NCBI GenBank assembly: GCA_965218095.1
Contig: OZ244587.1
Location: 4,800,001 to 4,864,000 of the forward strand
Length of the DNA: 64,000 nucleotides
From: Candidatus Poribacteria bacterium
Lineage (GTDB): Bacteria; Poribacteria; WGA-4E; PCPOR2b
Direction: 5' to 3'
A model generated the notes under the pieces. The model searched no databases. It worked only from the letters and a program-made list of their open reading frames with translations, and had not been told where the DNA came from. The translations under genes and the position numbers were made by a program. Below, in pieces: positions 18,218-28,263 of the stretch (positions within the stretch are counted from its first letter, which is position 1; each line of letters starts with the position of its first letter).

Positions 18218-19714
18218 TTAACCTAAGTTTTCACTAAATACAATCTCTTTCTGTACCTTGATCCGTTCAAGCAAGACACTAGCAGGTTCATCGTTTGGGT
18301 CTTGCGACACCAATTTTCCAGAGAAGGCTTTTTTGAGAATTGACTGACGCAATTGCTCGGCGCGTTTCAGTTCTGCCGTAATAGTTTTTTCCACTTTGTC
18401 GGCAGCAAAGAGATGACGTTCGACTTCTTCAACAAGAATCTGCTGCTCTTTTTCCGGTGGCATAGGGACTGCAAGGAGTCTGAGTTTTGTGCCGTTTACA
18501 TTTGCCTGTCCTGCCTGTTGAGACACAACCGATAAAATCCAATCTTTACCATACACGGAGTTAATATAGTACGCTACAATCATCGAATCAATATGTGGAT
18601 TAAACCGTACCCTAATAAGATATGAAGCGAACGAACACGGGTTGGGTATTCCTGTATAAACTGCCGTTTTGCCAACTAATTCACGGCTATTTGTGCGATT
18701 GAATAGCAAATCCCCTTTATTCAGCAACAACTCTGGAAATTCATCGTGTTCTTTCGGGAGATATTTCAGATTATTCAGAACGATTTTACCGTCAACAATA
18801 TTCCCCATTCTCAGCACAGGTATATCGTTTGAATCCTCGCTTGTTTTTTTTGATGAGCCGTATTGGATTTTTGTCAAGAGTTGTTCAACAGTTGCCCAAG
18901 TCCATCCCTTTGGTAACTTTGGCAGCTCATTCGTATCAGGTGCAACAGGTTCTTTATACTTCGCCTTCCATTTATCATCTTTGGGTATTTCTCCCTTTGC
19001 CTGCATCTGCTCAAGCTGCTCTGCCTCCTACTTCTCCCGCCGCGCTTTGAGAATACGCTCAAGTAGTACAGAAGCAGGTTCAATCCCGTCCTGATGCTCC
19101 GCCCGCCACGCTTCAGTCAGCTTTCCTTCAAAGGCAGCTTTCAGGACGGATTGGCGATACTGCTTGAGTTGGGATTGTGCCTTGTGGAGTGCGTTAATGC
19201 CCGCATCAAGTTTGGCGAGGAGTTCTTCGATTTTGGTGACGATGCGGTATTGTTCGGGGAGTGGGGGTAGAGGGATTTCAAAGGTTTTGAGTTGGTTCCC
19301 CGTTATCGCATTAAAAGTTGTTCCAGCACCTCTGCCCGCGAGTTCATCTTCATAGGCACGCATCAAATAGAAGATGAAAAACGGCTCAATACCACTTAAC
19401 CCACGGATTGCTGCAAGACCTCTACCTACGCAGGATTTTTCAGGGCATAAGTTCGTTGGACCAACAGGTGCGCGAACAGAAATAAATACGTCCCCTTTTT
19501 CAGCGATTTTTTTCGGTGCGGCACACCACTTTTGTGGCGTTGGGTAGATCTCACCAAATTCAAGTTTACCTTGATAAAAAGGAAGTCCTTTTCCGTCAGT
19601 ATTATAGGTTGATGATGGTGGCGATTGCCCCAATATAATTTTGCTGATTTCCTCTAATCTCGTCCACACCCACCCATCGGGCAGCTCAGACAAACCTACA
19701 TCCGTTTCGCTCAT
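18218..19714 (-). pseudogene. hsdS: Type I R-M specificity subunit split by an in-frame TAG
   Basis: Two TRD halves (ELPDGWVW, LPKGWTW; PLPPLPEQ..IV; LRQSILKKAFSGKL); REK-TAG-EAEQ at 19028-19030 where W would be expected. Confidence 0.9.
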
Positions 19715-20901
19715 ATCACATGCTTCCTTTGGTTCATTGATTTTGTTCTTTCTGTCATGATTATATTGAGTATTTCATCTGCAACAAACAGACGGTTTCG
19801 CCGCCATCCGGTTATTTCCCTGAGTGTGCCTTTTTCGATAAGATAATCCACTCCCCGCTGAACGGTGGGAAAGGGCATCTCCCAAGCCTTCGATAATTCT
19901 GAAATTGAGATAATAGGACTTGCAAACAGATAGTCAATCAAGCGGTTTACAACCTTCAGCACCCTTCGACCGGCTGCAATTGCTCTGTATCGGTTTTGTA
20001 AGTCAAGCAATTTTTGAACCGTCAAAAGGGCATCTTCTGACTGTTGACGAATCCCGTTTAAGAAAAATGTGAGCCAAGCTTTCCAGTCCCCTTTTTGGCT
20101 TACATTCAACAGCAATTTATAATATTCATCTCTATGCTTCTCAAAAAAATCGGAAAGATAAAGGAGGGGCTGCGATAACAACTCCTTTTCCAATAACATA
20201 AACGTAATAAGAAGCCTGCCGATCCTTCCATTGCCATCAAGAAACGGGTGAATCGCCTCAAACTGATAATGAACCAGAGCGCATTGAATCAATGCCGGTT
20301 CCCTTGCGTTGGAATGGATGTATTTTTCCAAGTCTGAAAAACAACCTTTCATCTCTGGGTCCGGCGGAGGAACATAGGTTGCGTCCATCAAAGTACACCC
20401 GGGGCTACCAATCCAGTTTTGGCTCGTCCGCATCAAACCCGGGGTTGCACGTTCACCCCGCACCCCCTTCATTAGAATTCCGTGTATTTCACAGGTCAGC
20501 CGAGAACTTATCGGCAACTCTCGCAACCGTTTGATTCCATGTTCCATGGCTCTAACATAGTTGAAGATCTCTTTTACATCGGATGCAGGGGACGGCTCCG
20601 TTTCATCTGCTTCAAAGAGAAAGAGATCATCTAAACCGGATTGGGTGTTTTCAATTCTCGAACTCATTACGGCTTCACGCCGAATAAAAGGGCCAATCAA
20701 CAGATGCGGATTAGGAAGCAGTTGCCCTGCACCGGATAACTCTCCAAGTTTGCTGTCTGCTTTTGATAAAAGATTAGCTAACTCCCAATCCACTTCGATT
20801 TTTGATGGGAGTGGATTCGGCACATAAGCCGAATATGGGGGACGGCTTATCGTGCGAATACATTTACCAGCGGTTGAATTTTTGAAATCTTCCGGATTCA
20901 T
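19711..20901 (-). CDS. Fic family protein (Fic/DOC N-terminal, Fic core, C-terminal wHTH-like)
   Basis: HPFLDGNGRIGR catalytic motif; SSRIEN inhibitory motif. Confidence 0.93.
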   Translation of the reverse strand: MNPEDFKNSTAGKCIRTISRPPYSAYVPNPLPSKIEVDWELANLLSKADSKLGELSGAGQLLPNPHLLIGPFIRREAVMSSRIENTQSGLDDLFLFEADETEPSPASDVKEIFNYVRAMEHGIKRLRELPISSRLTCEIHGILMKGVRGERATPGLMRTSQNWIGSPGCTLMDATYVPPPDPEMKGCFSDLEKYIHSNAREPALIQCALVHYQFEAIHPFLDGNGRIGRLLITFMLLEKELLSQPLLYLSDFFEKHRDEYYKLLLNVSQKGDWKAWLTFFLNGIRQQSEDALLTVQKLLDLQNRYRAIAAGRRVLKVVNRLIDYLFASPIISISELSKAWEMPFPTVQRGVDYLIEKGTLREITGWRRNRLFVADEILNIIMTERTKSMNQRKHVI

Positions 20902-20916
20902 TTTTTATCACTTTAC

Positions 20917-21089
20917 GTTAATAAGATACAGTATTATTAACGTTTTTATGGGTTTGTGTTAATAAGGTTTAGCGTTATTAATGTTTTTTGCGAATTCGTG
21001 TTAATAAGATCTAGTGTCATTAACATTCTTGTGAATCAACGTTAATAAAATGTAGTATTATTAACGTTTTTTCGAGTTACTGTTAAAGC
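20917..21089. repeat. Phased array of 25-bp palindromes GTTAATAA-N9-TTATTAAC, period 41-42 bp
   Basis: Copies start at 20917, 20958, 21000 and 21041, with a partial copy at 21082. Confidence 0.85.
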
Positions 21090-21131
21090 GTTTGATAACA
21101 GCAGGGATTTTATCCAATTGAGGCATCTACC

Positions 21132-23927
21132 TCACGCCGCCAACTGCTCATTCAACGCCTCAAGAATTGTATCCAACGCATCCCCAAACAACTGATACAC
21201 CTTAATCGCCCCGCCCTTTGCCTGAAACGGTATGTTCTCAAAATCATCCATTTCAATGCGTAGCGATGTGGCGATATGGTCTTTTATCATCTCCAACCAC
21301 GCTATCTGTTCTTGTGAAAATTCCTTCTCCTGATTGGTGAGCCATTCTTGGAACTGTTGATCGACGGTCTCTTTGTAAGGCTCAAGCGTTGCAGTATCCC
21401 CAATTGCAAAGCGGACTAACGAAATGATGTCGGTCAATAGCTTGTGCGGGCCCGCTCCCTTGACTTTCGATTGGTCTAACCGCTCGTACGCCTGCCATAG
21501 CTCCTCTTTCGTGAAGCGATATGGCGGCTGTTCGATCGCTTGGGCGAGTTGCTGAACTTGTTGATATGTGAGATGCCGCTGCCCGTACGGTTTGCTGTAG
21601 ATAATCTGGATCGCTGTCAGTTCATCCTTGTTCTCTTCGATAAACTGCTTGAAACTTGCCACGCGCTGCTCCGCCCGCGCCTTTGCCTCACGGTCAAATC
21701 CCGAAGAGATGACGCTATCTTGGCTCACGGTGTCTATCGTCTGTTCCTGCTGCCTTTTGAGGTCAATGAGTGTGTTGCGTACGTCTGGGTTATCAAAGGG
21801 CTTACACGCCTCTGTGATAAGCCAATTCGTTTTCACCCGAATTTGCTCCGGCGTTAGGGATTCCGCCGGTGATTCGAGCAATAGCCGAATGTGCTCCGGC
21901 ACTAAGCCTTCAGTAGGTGATTCAGTCAATGCGATGGGTTGTTGATTATTGTCCGGATCCATCGCATCAAACAGGGCGTGGATCATACGCTGCAAGGAGA
22001 TACCCCCTGACACTTCGGCGATTTGTTTCCGGGCATCTTCTCCAATTTCACGGTCAAGACGTGCGAGCCTACCCGCCAACGAGGTCAAGGTATCGGTTTC
22101 TCGGTTGCCGAGCACCACAGACTCAAGCAACTTATCAAACGGCACACTCTGTTTTCGCTCAAGTGGTCGGGAATCGGTTTTGTCATTCTCACAAACGCCC
22201 ACTGCATCGACAATCACGAAATGGGTTTTGTGATGGGTGTCGGGAGTGACCGCGTGCAAATCTGTTGATGAAATCGTGCGCGTACCTCTGCCCTTCATCT
22301 GCTCAAAATAGACCTGCGATCTGATGTTTCGCATGAAGATGATACACTCTAACGGCTTGATATCCGTGCCTGTGGCGACCATGTCCACCGTTATGACGAT
22401 GCGCGGATTGTATGAAATGCGGAAGCTAGTGAGCAGGTTTGCCGGTGTATCGCCCGTTGTGCGGTATGTAATCTTTTTACAGAAGTCGTTACCTTTCCCG
22501 AACTCCTGACGGACGATATGTAGTATATCTTCAGCGTGGGAATCGTCTTTGGCAAAGATCAGTGTTTTCGGGACATGCTTTCTGCCGGGAAAAATCTCTG
22601 TGAACAGATTATCTCGGAAGGTTTGAATCACCTTGCGGATCTGGTCGTCTGCTACCACATCACGGTCAAGTTGATTCGCGCTGTACTCCATCTCCTCATC
22701 CAACAGTTCCCATCGGATTTTGCGGGTAAGCTTGTCCCGTTTGTCAACGTAAAAGCCGGGAGGAATCTTGCTGCCTTCCTCCGTAATCTCTGTCTTGATA
22801 CGATACACCTCATACCCCACATTCACGCCATCGGCGACCGCTCGCTCGTGGGGATACTCTGTGACCAAGTTCTGATTGAAGAATCCGAGCGTCTGCTTTG
22901 AGGGTGTGGCAGTGAGACCAACGATAAAGGCGTCAAAATATTCCAGTACGGGCTTCCATCGGTAGTAAATCGAGCGATGGCACTCGTCGGTGATGATAAA
23001 GTCAAAGGTCGAAATCGGAATCTTGGGATTGTATACCACCTCCGCAGCGGGTTGATTCGTCGAATCAAGGTTGAGCAGCGATTCACTCTCGCCCTGTTCA
23101 TCAAAAACCGATTCTCCCTTTAGCATCGAATACAACCGCTGAATCGTGGTGATACAGACCTTGCTCACCTTGTCAATCCGGTTGGTGGTGAGATGTTGCA
23201 CGTTGTAAAGTTCGGTGAATTTCCTGCCATCGTCCGGTGTGGTATATTGCTGAAATTCTTTGTGCGTCTGTCTTCCGAGATTGCTGCGATCAACGAGAAA
23301 AAGTATCCTTTTGGCATTTGCAAACTTGATTAGCCGATAGGCGAAATTCACGGCGGTGTATGTTTTCCCGCTGCCGGTTGCCATCTGAATCAGCGCGCGA
23401 GGGTAATCTTTGGCAAATGACTCCTCTAGATTGGTGATTGCTTCAATTTGACAGTCTCGCAAACCCTGCTTATCCAGTACAGGTGGTGTCTGGAGGTTGT
23501 ATCGTAATGTAAGCGGCTGCTGAATCCACTGTAACAGGGTTTCCGGTTTGTGGAAGGCGAAAACGGGTCGGGAGCGGGAGTCCGGATCGCGTAGATCGCG
23601 GAAGAAGGTTTCAACCCCCGTGCTCTCATAACCAAAAGGTAAAGGTTTTCGATAGCATCGAAGGGTTACTGGAATCCCGGTGAGATACTTCTCAGTTTGT
23701 TCAGAGACCCCGCTGAGGGTTGTGCCCTCCGGTTTGGCTTCGATTACCCCGACCGCTCTTCTGTTGATAAATAGCAGGTAGTCTGTGGGCCCGGCGGACA
23801 TAGGAAATTCACGTACCGCGACACCCAGCGATTCACTAGGATTCATCTGTTCATGATCTTGAATCGCCCAGCCCGCTGTGGTGAGCAGTTGGTCGATGTT
23901 CTGTCGTGCTTTTTCCTCGGGTTTCAT
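21132..23927 (-). CDS. hsdR: Type I restriction endonuclease subunit R (EcoKI/EcoEI-like)
   Basis: PTDYLLF..VIEAK nuclease motif, MATGSGKT, DECH, QMKGRGTR, EcoEI_R_C-like tail; start MKPEEKAR chosen downstream of the promoter. Confidence 0.95.
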   Translation of the reverse strand: MKPEEKARQNIDQLLTTAGWAIQDHEQMNPSESLGVAVREFPMSAGPTDYLLFINRRAVGVIEAKPEGTTLSGVSEQTEKYLTGIPVTLRCYRKPLPFGYESTGVETFFRDLRDPDSRSRPVFAFHKPETLLQWIQQPLTLRYNLQTPPVLDKQGLRDCQIEAITNLEESFAKDYPRALIQMATGSGKTYTAVNFAYRLIKFANAKRILFLVDRSNLGRQTHKEFQQYTTPDDGRKFTELYNVQHLTTNRIDKVSKVCITTIQRLYSMLKGESVFDEQGESESLLNLDSTNQPAAEVVYNPKIPISTFDFIITDECHRSIYYRWKPVLEYFDAFIVGLTATPSKQTLGFFNQNLVTEYPHERAVADGVNVGYEVYRIKTEITEEGSKIPPGFYVDKRDKLTRKIRWELLDEEMEYSANQLDRDVVADDQIRKVIQTFRDNLFTEIFPGRKHVPKTLIFAKDDSHAEDILHIVRQEFGKGNDFCKKITYRTTGDTPANLLTSFRISYNPRIVITVDMVATGTDIKPLECIIFMRNIRSQVYFEQMKGRGTRTISSTDLHAVTPDTHHKTHFVIVDAVGVCENDKTDSRPLERKQSVPFDKLLESVVLGNRETDTLTSLAGRLARLDREIGEDARKQIAEVSGGISLQRMIHALFDAMDPDNNQQPIALTESPTEGLVPEHIRLLLESPAESLTPEQIRVKTNWLITEACKPFDNPDVRNTLIDLKRQQEQTIDTVSQDSVISSGFDREAKARAEQRVASFKQFIEENKDELTAIQIIYSKPYGQRHLTYQQVQQLAQAIEQPPYRFTKEELWQAYERLDQSKVKGAGPHKLLTDIISLVRFAIGDTATLEPYKETVDQQFQEWLTNQEKEFSQEQIAWLEMIKDHIATSLRIEMDDFENIPFQAKGGAIKVYQLFGDALDTILEALNEQLAA

Positions 23928-23976
23928 ATCTTCTTTATCTGTGGTGAGGTGAGATTGTCGTGCAAACGTCAGCGTT

Positions 23977-24005
23977 ATTTTACCTGAATCTACTGCTGAT
24001 GTCAA
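23977..24005 (-). promoter_or_regulatory. Sigma70 promoter of the hsdR operon
   Basis: TTGACA-N17-TAAAAT on the minus strand. Confidence 0.7.
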
Positions 24006-24059
24006 ATGTCGCGTCCGTCCACTCGCATCCAATGGTAAGGATGATTCCGCAAAAATAGC

Positions 24060-24088
24060 TTGCCTAAGTCAACTCATTGGGCTATAAT
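24060..24088 (+). promoter_or_regulatory. Sigma70 promoter of the methyltransferase gene
   Basis: TTGCCT-N17-TATAAT. Confidence 0.65.
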
Positions 24089-24194
24089 ATTTTGATAAGG
24101 CAGGGAAGTCCAACCGGTAGTTCCGCAGTTAAGTTCAGTGGATCCCCGTCTTGTCAAGTTATAACTTTATACTTTAGTGGGGTGCTACCAAGCG

Positions 24195-24818
24195 ATGAGC
24201 AGCGAAGATTATTTTGATCAGGTTGCGGATCAATGGGACAGCCTCCAGGCGAGTTTCTATTCGGAGAAAGTTAGAGACCGGGCGCTTGCTACCGCCGCCG
24301 TGCGAGCGGGCGGCATTGCTGCTGATATTGGCTGCGGTAGCGGCTTCATCACTGAAGGGTTGATCCATGCCGGACTGCATGTGGTTGCCGTCGATCAGTC
24401 CGAAGCCATGCTGGCAGAAATGAAAAGGAAGTTCGCCGACATTGTCGACATTGACTACCGCCGTGGAGAGGCAGAGCAGTTACCGATTTCCGACGACTCT
24501 GTGGATTACGCCTTCGCCAACATGTATCTCCATCACGTCGAAAGTCCACTGATGGCAATCAAGGAAATGGCGCGGATTTTGAAGCCAGGCGGGGCATTGG
24601 TGATTACAGATCTGGATGATCACACCTTTGAATTTCTGAGAGATGAACATTATGATCGCTGGCTGGGTTTCGACAGACAGCAGGTTCGACAATGGTTTAT
24701 GGAAGCAGGACTCCGGCGTGTGGCTGTGGACTGTGTGGGTGAACATTGCTGCGTTCAATCCAATGGTGAGAGCCAGTCTGCCAGTATCAACATATTCGTG
24801 GCGTCAGGTGAGAAATGA
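24195..24818 (+). CDS. Class I SAM-dependent methyltransferase (UbiE/ArsM-like)
   Basis: DIGCGSGF, VDQSEAML, ANMYLHHV, LKPGG. Confidence 0.88.
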   Translation: MSSEDYFDQVADQWDSLQASFYSEKVRDRALATAAVRAGGIAADIGCGSGFITEGLIHAGLHVVAVDQSEAMLAEMKRKFADIVDIDYRRGEAEQLPISDDSVDYAFANMYLHHVESPLMAIKEMARILKPGGALVITDLDDHTFEFLRDEHYDRWLGFDRQQVRQWFMEAGLRRVAVDCVGEHCCVQSNGESQSASINIFVASGEK

Positions 24819-25145
24819 ACGTGAGGCAAAGCCATGCGTATCATACTGAGTCAAAAGGTACGCTGGAAGCGCTTATCGAACTAAGAAATCAAGCAGAGGA
24901 AAACAGACAGAGAAATCTGTAAACTTTGATTAGCACGTTCAAGAGATACGACTGCGCGTCCGGCGTTATCAACTCAAGCAACGCGCGTAGCAGCCCCACC
25001 GCCCTTCACGCCGTCGCCCGCGGGATGCAGACGAACATCAGGGCTAGTTCAGTTGGCGATGAAACGTCGGGAACAGTGGTTGAAAGATGGGCGTTTGGAA
25101 AAACTGGATCCAAGACACTACCGTCTACATCTCGATTGAAAATCT

Positions 25146-25220
25146 GTCGGTTGGTTTGAACAACCGTGAGCCCCAACGTATGTCCGTGCTTGTTGGGTAT
25201 CGTGCATCAACCTGACCTAC
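25146..25220. repeat. Degenerate GTAG-type REP doublet
   Basis: Minus-strand GTAGGTCAGGTTGATGCACGATACCCAAC facing a decayed inverted copy. Confidence 0.45.
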
Positions 25221-25239
25221 CGATTATTCCACAATCCGG

Positions 25240-26244
25240 TTACGCCTTGTAAAACTCGACGTGCTGTCCACCTAGCACGAGCTCGGCAACCTTTTCCACC
25301 AGCGCATCGCACTGTACTTCCTCTAGCCCGACGAACGACCGTGCCAGCGTAATCTTTTCCTTCATCTGTTCGGGGTTATCGGCTCCGGCGATCAGCACAC
25401 TGATCGGCAGCGACCAGACAAAACGGACTGCCTCGTCGATACTGACCCGGTAGGGGATGAGTTTTGGCTTGTCTCCATGCTCTCCCTGCTTGGAACCACC
25501 GAAGAATCCACCATTCGCTAACGTCTTCATCGCCAACACGCCGATCTTCCGCTCAACCAGTATGGGAAGCACGCCCTTGATAAAACTCGCGTAGCTCGGG
25601 TCAGCCAGATTGATAGGCATTTGACAGGTGTCGAAGATGTCCGATTTTTCAAGCACGCGCTGGTGAGCCAAAGGACTGTTATGACCGGTGAACCCGATAT
25701 AGCGCGTCTTACCGGATGCCTTTGCCTCAGTCATGACATCAAACATGCCCTGCTGAATGCGGCCGTCCACATCATCTGGATCTTGCACCGAGTGTACCTG
25801 CCACAGGTCGAGATAATCTGTCCTCAATCGACGCAACGAGCCTTCAAGATGACGCCTGGCGCCATCGGCGTCATGGGCGGTGGTTTTGGTCATGAGAAAA
25901 ACGGTGTCGCGGTATTTGGGCGTCAGCAACCGACCTAAGCGGCTTTCGCTGCCGCCATCCTGGTAGGACTCTGCCGAATCGAAGAATCGCACGCCGCCTT
26001 CAAGCGCCGTTTCAATCGCAGCCTGTGCATCGCGCTCATTATGCATCCGTCCGATGTGCCACCCGCCCACGCCGAGCATTGTCACCGTTTCGCCGGTGCG
26101 TCCCAGCGTGCGCGTCGGCAAAAGTTCGCCCAAACGATCGCTTTCCTGACGGTCTCCACCGGCGTTGGTTTGAGATGATGACAATACCCCTGCTGTTAAA
26201 TCAGTCAACGATTTTAGAAACATTCGTTGTTCTTGCATAATCAA
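25240..26244 (-). CDS. Aldo/keto reductase
   Basis: RTLGRTG, FFDSAESY, SLRRLRTDYLDLWQVH, IGFTGH. Confidence 0.92.
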   Translation of the reverse strand: MIMQEQRMFLKSLTDLTAGVLSSSQTNAGGDRQESDRLGELLPTRTLGRTGETVTMLGVGGWHIGRMHNERDAQAAIETALEGGVRFFDSAESYQDGGSESRLGRLLTPKYRDTVFLMTKTTAHDADGARRHLEGSLRRLRTDYLDLWQVHSVQDPDDVDGRIQQGMFDVMTEAKASGKTRYIGFTGHNSPLAHQRVLEKSDIFDTCQMPINLADPSYASFIKGVLPILVERKIGVLAMKTLANGGFFGGSKQGEHGDKPKLIPYRVSIDEAVRFVWSLPISVLIAGADNPEQMKEKITLARSFVGLEEVQCDALVEKVAELVLGGQHVEFYKA

Positions 26245-26356
26245 AACCTCCTCTTCACCGGACTATGGCTCGGCTATTCCGAATTATGCACATCCCTCAA
26301 CTAAGTGAGGGTGGTTCATAATTCAATGCGCGTCATTGCTGGCCTCGGGTAAGTTT

Positions 26357-26408
26357 GTAGTCGGGCGATTTATCGCCCGTCTCAACGCGCAATGAATTGC
26401 GCTACTAC
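26357..26408. repeat. GTAG-type REP doublet
   Basis: GTAGTCGGGCGATTTATCGCCCG ... GCGCAATGAATTGCGCTACTAC. Confidence 0.7.
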
Positions 26409-26443
26409 CAACCGCTTATTTTAACAAGAATTTTTTGCCAGGG

Positions 26444-26572
26444 AACTTATAGCAAGTAAAACGCGCGCTTCTCCCGTCAGCCTGAGCGAAGTGAAGCATC
26501 TCTTGTACCTTAACGAGGAGATTCTTCACTGCGCTCTATTAGACTTCCAAGAAACTACCCGCAATGAGTTCA
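26444..26572 (+). repeat. ~130-bp dispersed repeat, copy A
   Basis: Inverted homology to 32868-32996, including an exact TATTAGACTTCCAAGAAACTACCCGCAATGAGTTCA. Confidence 0.8.
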
Positions 26573-26931
26573 GGACCTATTTCTACAATCTCCAATTGAT
26601 AATTCCCTCGAATAGGCAAAGTCGGAACGGCGGCACGAAATTTTTTCGCGGCGGTTTTTTCGGCGGCATTTTTTGAAAATTAGATTCGACTTCGCGGGTA
26701 GCCAAAAAGGTAGGCTACCCGACCTCTTGGGTCGTTCTTCTTCCAACCAACAGTGTTGGCGGTCGGACTTTGCTTTCTCTCGTGCATATTTTTCAGCACG
26801 CTTTTTTTGTTCGTCGGATAGCTCGAAGTTTTCCTCGATAGCAGTGCGCAACCAACCAGCAGGGTTTTCGGAGATAAGCGGGGTAAAGTGTCCTTATCCA
26901 TCAACTCAAACCTGACAGACCAGTACCAAAA

Positions 26932-28152
26932 TTAAAACCCCATAAGTCCACAACAGCGACGGCAGACAGGCATGGGGCCTTCGGTGCTGATAGAGCTTCG
27001 GAATTTCCGGGCGGCTTCATTATTCCACATGTCCGTGACAGCATCCGTTTTGATGTTGCCGATGATGTAGTCGTGGTAATCACGGCAGAGGCTGACATCA
27101 CCGTTGCTATCGATTTCCATCGTCATGTGGATGCTGACACACTGATTGTAATCGAAGACTTCACTGTGATCTGTGTAGTATCGGTTGATCTCCTCTTTTG
27201 TGTTGAGGCTTGGCATCATCATCGGTAGGCACCGTTGTTGTGCTTTCGAGAGCTTCTCCATTTCCTCAAATTTATTGAGGATGGCGCCGTGATCGAAATC
27301 TTTCCATGTCCCGATCCAGCCGTAGTGGGTTTGGGGCTTGAAACCGAAACGGCGCTCAAAATCTTCTGTGTGTGCCTGTGCAGAATGCGAGTCGATCCAC
27401 CACGTCAGGTAGAAAATCTGTGCATCTGCGTACTGGCTTGTGAATTTGTAGAGATCGACGACATTGTCGATATTGTACATGGTGATGCAACTGAGCGGGA
27501 CAATATATGGAAATGCTAGATTACGACGCTGCTTCTCTTCGCTGAGTGTTTCGAGCGCTGCTTTCACATCCTTGAAGTTGTCATAGTTTCCTGTGACCCC
27601 GGGACGCTGATTGTTGTGAATCTCCGCATTTGGTCCATCAACGCTCAAGTAAAGAATCTTGCATGTTTCAAGAATATCGTCCGCACGCCTGGCCAGGTTC
27701 GTGCCGTTGGTTACGAGCGAGATTGCCATGCCTCGGTCTTTAATATAGTGCAACAGCTCAAGTAAACCGGGATAGAGCATCGGCTCGCCGCCCCAAATGT
27801 ACCACACAGGCGACCAGCCAGCATCAAGGATCTGATCAACAAGTCGTTTGTAGATTTCAACAGGAACCTCCCGCTGTTTCAGTTCTTTGAGGGACTTGTC
27901 AAGCAGATAGCCGTTATCTCCCCACTGCCCGCAGGAGTGACAGCGCAGGTTGCACATATCTGTTATTCGTAGACTCACCAGTTGGACGGCATCCCCTTTA
28001 CCGTGCCTGGCTCCAAATGGGTGTCTCCAGTTGAAGGTCTCCTTCGCCATCTGGTATTTCATGAGCGTGTAGGTGGTCGCCCAATCATCTGACATCGCTG
28101 TTGCGAGTTGACTTACAAGAAAACGGGGTGAAACTCGACTTCGAGTCGCCAT
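26932..28152 (-). CDS. Radical SAM protein with C-terminal SPASM/twitch domain
   Basis: CNLRCHSC, WGGEP, VSLCRDY..IGNIK, CRRCC. Confidence 0.9.
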   Translation of the reverse strand: MATRSRVSPRFLVSQLATAMSDDWATTYTLMKYQMAKETFNWRHPFGARHGKGDAVQLVSLRITDMCNLRCHSCGQWGDNGYLLDKSLKELKQREVPVEIYKRLVDQILDAGWSPVWYIWGGEPMLYPGLLELLHYIKDRGMAISLVTNGTNLARRADDILETCKILYLSVDGPNAEIHNNQRPGVTGNYDNFKDVKAALETLSEEKQRRNLAFPYIVPLSCITMYNIDNVVDLYKFTSQYADAQIFYLTWWIDSHSAQAHTEDFERRFGFKPQTHYGWIGTWKDFDHGAILNKFEEMEKLSKAQQRCLPMMMPSLNTKEEINRYYTDHSEVFDYNQCVSIHMTMEIDSNGDVSLCRDYHDYIIGNIKTDAVTDMWNNEAARKFRSSISTEGPMPVCRRCCGLMGF

Positions 28153-28263
28153 AATTTTCCTTTCTATCTATGAAGAATAAAACGTGAAACGCAATGCGTA
28201 AATGTACTCCTGAACTCTTGACTCTCCGATGGATCGGAATTTCCGTTTCGCTCCAACCTGAAC

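Noticed and set aside
20917-21089. Array as CRISPR, integron attC or dif sites
   Set aside because: Linkers are only 16-17 bp, repeat cores vary, and no cas genes are present; the arms do not fit GTTRRRY/RYYYAAC, and the 9-bp core exceeds the 6-8 bp of Xer-type sites.
23928-24032. N-terminal extension of the hsdR ORF
   Set aside because: It overlaps a consensus promoter; the family-typical start is MKPEEKAR at 23927.
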